NCBI GenBank assembly: GCA_965227295.1
Contig: OZ245742.1
Span: 1,824,001-1,888,000 of the forward strand
DNA: 64,000 nt
Reading direction: 5' to 3'
Origin: Leptonemataceae bacterium
Lineage (GTDB): Bacteria; Spirochaetota; Leptospiria; Leptospirales; Leptonemataceae
Under the pieces are notes generated by a model, which saw nothing but the letters and a program-made list of their open reading frames with translations, was not told the origin of the DNA and searched no databases. Of the stretch, positions 61,799 to 64,000 are shown piece by piece (the first letter of the stretch is position 1; every line of letters begins with the position of its first letter). The translations under genes were made by a program, and so were the position numbers.

Positions 61799-63835
61799 GT
61801 GCTCGCCGCGTTTCTTCCTGCCACGCGCTCGCTGCTCTTCGGCCTTTGGTTCGGCGGGCTGATCTGCATTCTGCTTTCCGCTGAGCTGTCCGCGCAGTCT
61901 GTCGACGCGAGGGCCGCGGGCCGTCTCATGGATCTCCGCGCTTACATCGAAGCGCCGGGCGAAAGCCTCACTGCCGAAGAAGCCGTGCAATTGCAAAAAC
62001 GCAAAGGCGTTGTCCGGCCTCTTGAAAATCTTTACTTCGGTCGCCTGGAACAACCGGTGTGGTTTTACTTGCGCATTCGCAATTCCCGGCCGCTTGCCCA
62101 GGATTACGTGCTCTTTGCCGGGCCAGCCTACCTCGGTCGCGTCGATTTGTTCCCCGTGAACGACGGCACCGTGGATCACACAAACGCGCAGCACACCGGC
62201 TTTCTGCTGCCACTCGAAGAGCGCAGTACCTATCATCATGAAATCATCTTTCCCGTAACCGTCGCCGCGAATTCGGAACAGGCTTACCTTCTGCGCGTGC
62301 ATAACCGCGGCCCGCCCCTGCGCCTCGACATGAGCCTGCGCACCGCCGAAGACTTCGCTGACGCCGATAACTTCGAAAGCCGGGTCTTTCTGATCTTTTA
62401 CGGGATTCTGATTTCGCTCATCGTCTACAACGGCCTGCTGGCGCTGGCCACCCGCGAGCGTGTCTACCTTACCTACGTGTTCTACGTCCTCGGTATGATG
62501 TCGGCCCAGGCCATGCTCGAGGGACACGTGCCGTACGTTCTGGACGTGCCCGCGCAGTTCAAGTACGGACTGCGTTTTCTGACGGCCTTCGCCGCGTTTC
62601 TTGCGGCGGTGTTGTTTTGCAATGATCTGCTTACGTACGTGCGAACCCACCGTGTTTTGCGCCCGGTTTCGCTGGCTCTCTACGGCCTCTACGCGGTGAT
62701 GATGCCGCTCGGATTTTTTCTGCCGCCGGGCCTCGTAAACATCATGTTGAGCATCTTTTTGCTTTTGGGACTGCTCTTTGTTCTGACGGCCGGCGTGATC
62801 GGAGTGCTGCGCAGGGATCGCACCGCGCGCATCTTTATGCTGGCCTGGGTCGCGCTCTTTTCTTCGGGGGTGATCTTCGCCGTTTACAATCTGGGCTGGA
62901 TTCCCGGCGGGGAATGGGTCTATCACGTCGTGCAGGTCGGCGTCGTCCTGGAGGCCTGGCTGTTGTCCTTTGCCCTGGCCGATCGCATCAATGTCATGAA
63001 GCGCAGCCTGGAAAGTTATGCCCGGGACCTGGAACAAAAGATCGCCGAGCGGACTTCGACGCTCGAAAAGTCGCTGGAGGATTTAAGGCGCCATAGCGCG
63101 CTAATTTCCTACGAAATGGAGTTAGCCGGCGGAATCCAGCGTTCGCTCCTGCCGCCGAACTCCTACTCGGACGCGCGCTGCGAATTGCGCGCCTGGGTGC
63201 GGCCGTTGCAGGAGGTCGGCGGCGACTTCTTCGTCGTGCTCGAATCCCGGGGGCGCACCGTGGTGGCGCTCTTCGATGTTTCCGGTCACGGGGTCCCGGC
63301 CGCGTTGTTGACCATGCTGGCACGGATCTATTTTACCGAAGCCGCCGACAAACACGGTCATCCGCGGGAAATTCTGATTCACGTGCATCGTCTGTTCGAG
63401 GGCGCGTTGCAGGGCAGCGGTTCGTACTTAACGGCGGCGGTCATCGTACTGCGCGACGGCGGGCGGGTGGAATTTGCGGGGGCCGGACACCGGGACGTCT
63501 TTGTCTATCGCCAGGCAAGCCGGAACGTGGAGCGCTGGTCGTCCGGGCCCTTTCTGCTCGGGTTGCTCGACGAAGCCGACGCTGACAGCCTCATCGACTA
63601 TCAAATCGAAAGCCTGGCTTCCGGCGACCGCCTGTTACTCTACACGGACGGCGTTACGGACACGCAAAACACCGCGGGCGAAATGTTGCCCGAGGAGATC
63701 CTGGAGCGCGCTTTCGTAGGCGCCGGCGACCAACCGGATCGGGCGTTGCAGTCGGTCGTTCGCATTTGGGAAGATCACGGTGCCGGCGGCCTCTGCGAAG
63801 ACGACTGCCTGCTGTTGTGGATGAAGATTCACTGA
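61799..63835 (+). CDS. 7TM-DISM receptor with SpoIIE (PP2C) phosphatase
   Basis: DISMED2-like periplasmic part, 7 TM segments ending LSFALADRI, coiled coil, GGDF, DVSGHG, LYTDG, DD. Confidence 0.92.
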   Translation: MLAAFLPATRSLLFGLWFGGLICILLSAELSAQSVDARAAGRLMDLRAYIEAPGESLTAEEAVQLQKRKGVVRPLENLYFGRLEQPVWFYLRIRNSRPLAQDYVLFAGPAYLGRVDLFPVNDGTVDHTNAQHTGFLLPLEERSTYHHEIIFPVTVAANSEQAYLLRVHNRGPPLRLDMSLRTAEDFADADNFESRVFLIFYGILISLIVYNGLLALATRERVYLTYVFYVLGMMSAQAMLEGHVPYVLDVPAQFKYGLRFLTAFAAFLAAVLFCNDLLTYVRTHRVLRPVSLALYGLYAVMMPLGFFLPPGLVNIMLSIFLLLGLLFVLTAGVIGVLRRDRTARIFMLAWVALFSSGVIFAVYNLGWIPGGEWVYHVVQVGVVLEAWLLSFALADRINVMKRSLESYARDLEQKIAERTSTLEKSLEDLRRHSALISYEMELAGGIQRSLLPPNSYSDARCELRAWVRPLQEVGGDFFVVLESRGRTVVALFDVSGHGVPAALLTMLARIYFTEAADKHGHPREILIHVHRLFEGALQGSGSYLTAAVIVLRDGGRVEFAGAGHRDVFVYRQASRNVERWSSGPFLLGLLDEADADSLIDYQIESLASGDRLLLYTDGVTDTQNTAGEMLPEEILERAFVGAGDQPDRALQSVVRIWEDHGAGGLCEDDCLLLWMKIH

Positions 63836-64000
63836 TGCATTAAATGATAAAGAAAGTTTAACATTTGATGAGGCGTAATTCTTTACATATTCACCAGAAT
63901 TTATGGTGTAATGTTAGAGAAGTACTAAAAGTTATTCGGTTTCTTCAACTCCTGCTTGTCCCTGGACACGGTCCATGCTAAGACGATCTCTATTCCAGGG

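Noticed and set aside
61481-63037. 518-aa minus-strand ORF and other long overlapping ORFs (19370-20608, 41555-43075, 54940-55980)
   Set aside because: They are antisense or off-frame shadows of well-supported genes in GC-rich DNA, with no motifs.
63836-64000. AT-rich terminal segment
   Set aside because: Probably a promoter region for a gene beyond the window; no specific feature can be supported.

Overview
GC-rich bacterial chromosome segment, most likely Leptospirales/Leptospiraceae. This is inferred from the ArgRS 'SANPTGPLNVVS' motif, the spirochaete-style lipoproteins and beta-barrels, and the 7TM-DISM/SpoIIE and GAF-GAF-sigma54 regulators. Housekeeping and metabolic genes (argS, asnS, PBP1A, tRNA-Thr, tRNA-Tyr, thiolase, enoyl-CoA hydratase, MCPs, cyclase, GGDEF-EAL) are interleaved with two amidoligase clusters: a gamma-glutamylation operon (37.5-43.2 kb) and a C39-like/RLAN-RimK/GCS2/N-formylglutamate amidohydrolase cluster, with MscS and an AstE/AspA-family deacylase nearby (52-61 kb). 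The most interesting signals are non-coding. (1) A GxxExxY PD-(D/E)xK nuclease gene sits inside ~40-bp terminal inverted repeats built from CCGAGG units, and the same ends recur without the gene at four other intergenic sites, including a complete ~120-bp MITE-like derivative. This suggests a little-described mobile element family. (2) An unexplained 376-bp tandem repeat lies behind argS, with a third partial copy behind tRNA-Tyr. (3) A perfect sigma54 promoter is followed ~60 nt later by an intrinsic terminator, a candidate sRNA. Also present: REP/REPIN-like palindromes, a Phd-VapC toxin-antitoxin pair, and internally deleted IS5, IS3 and CzcA/TolC remnants. All calls are by eye; no searches were run.
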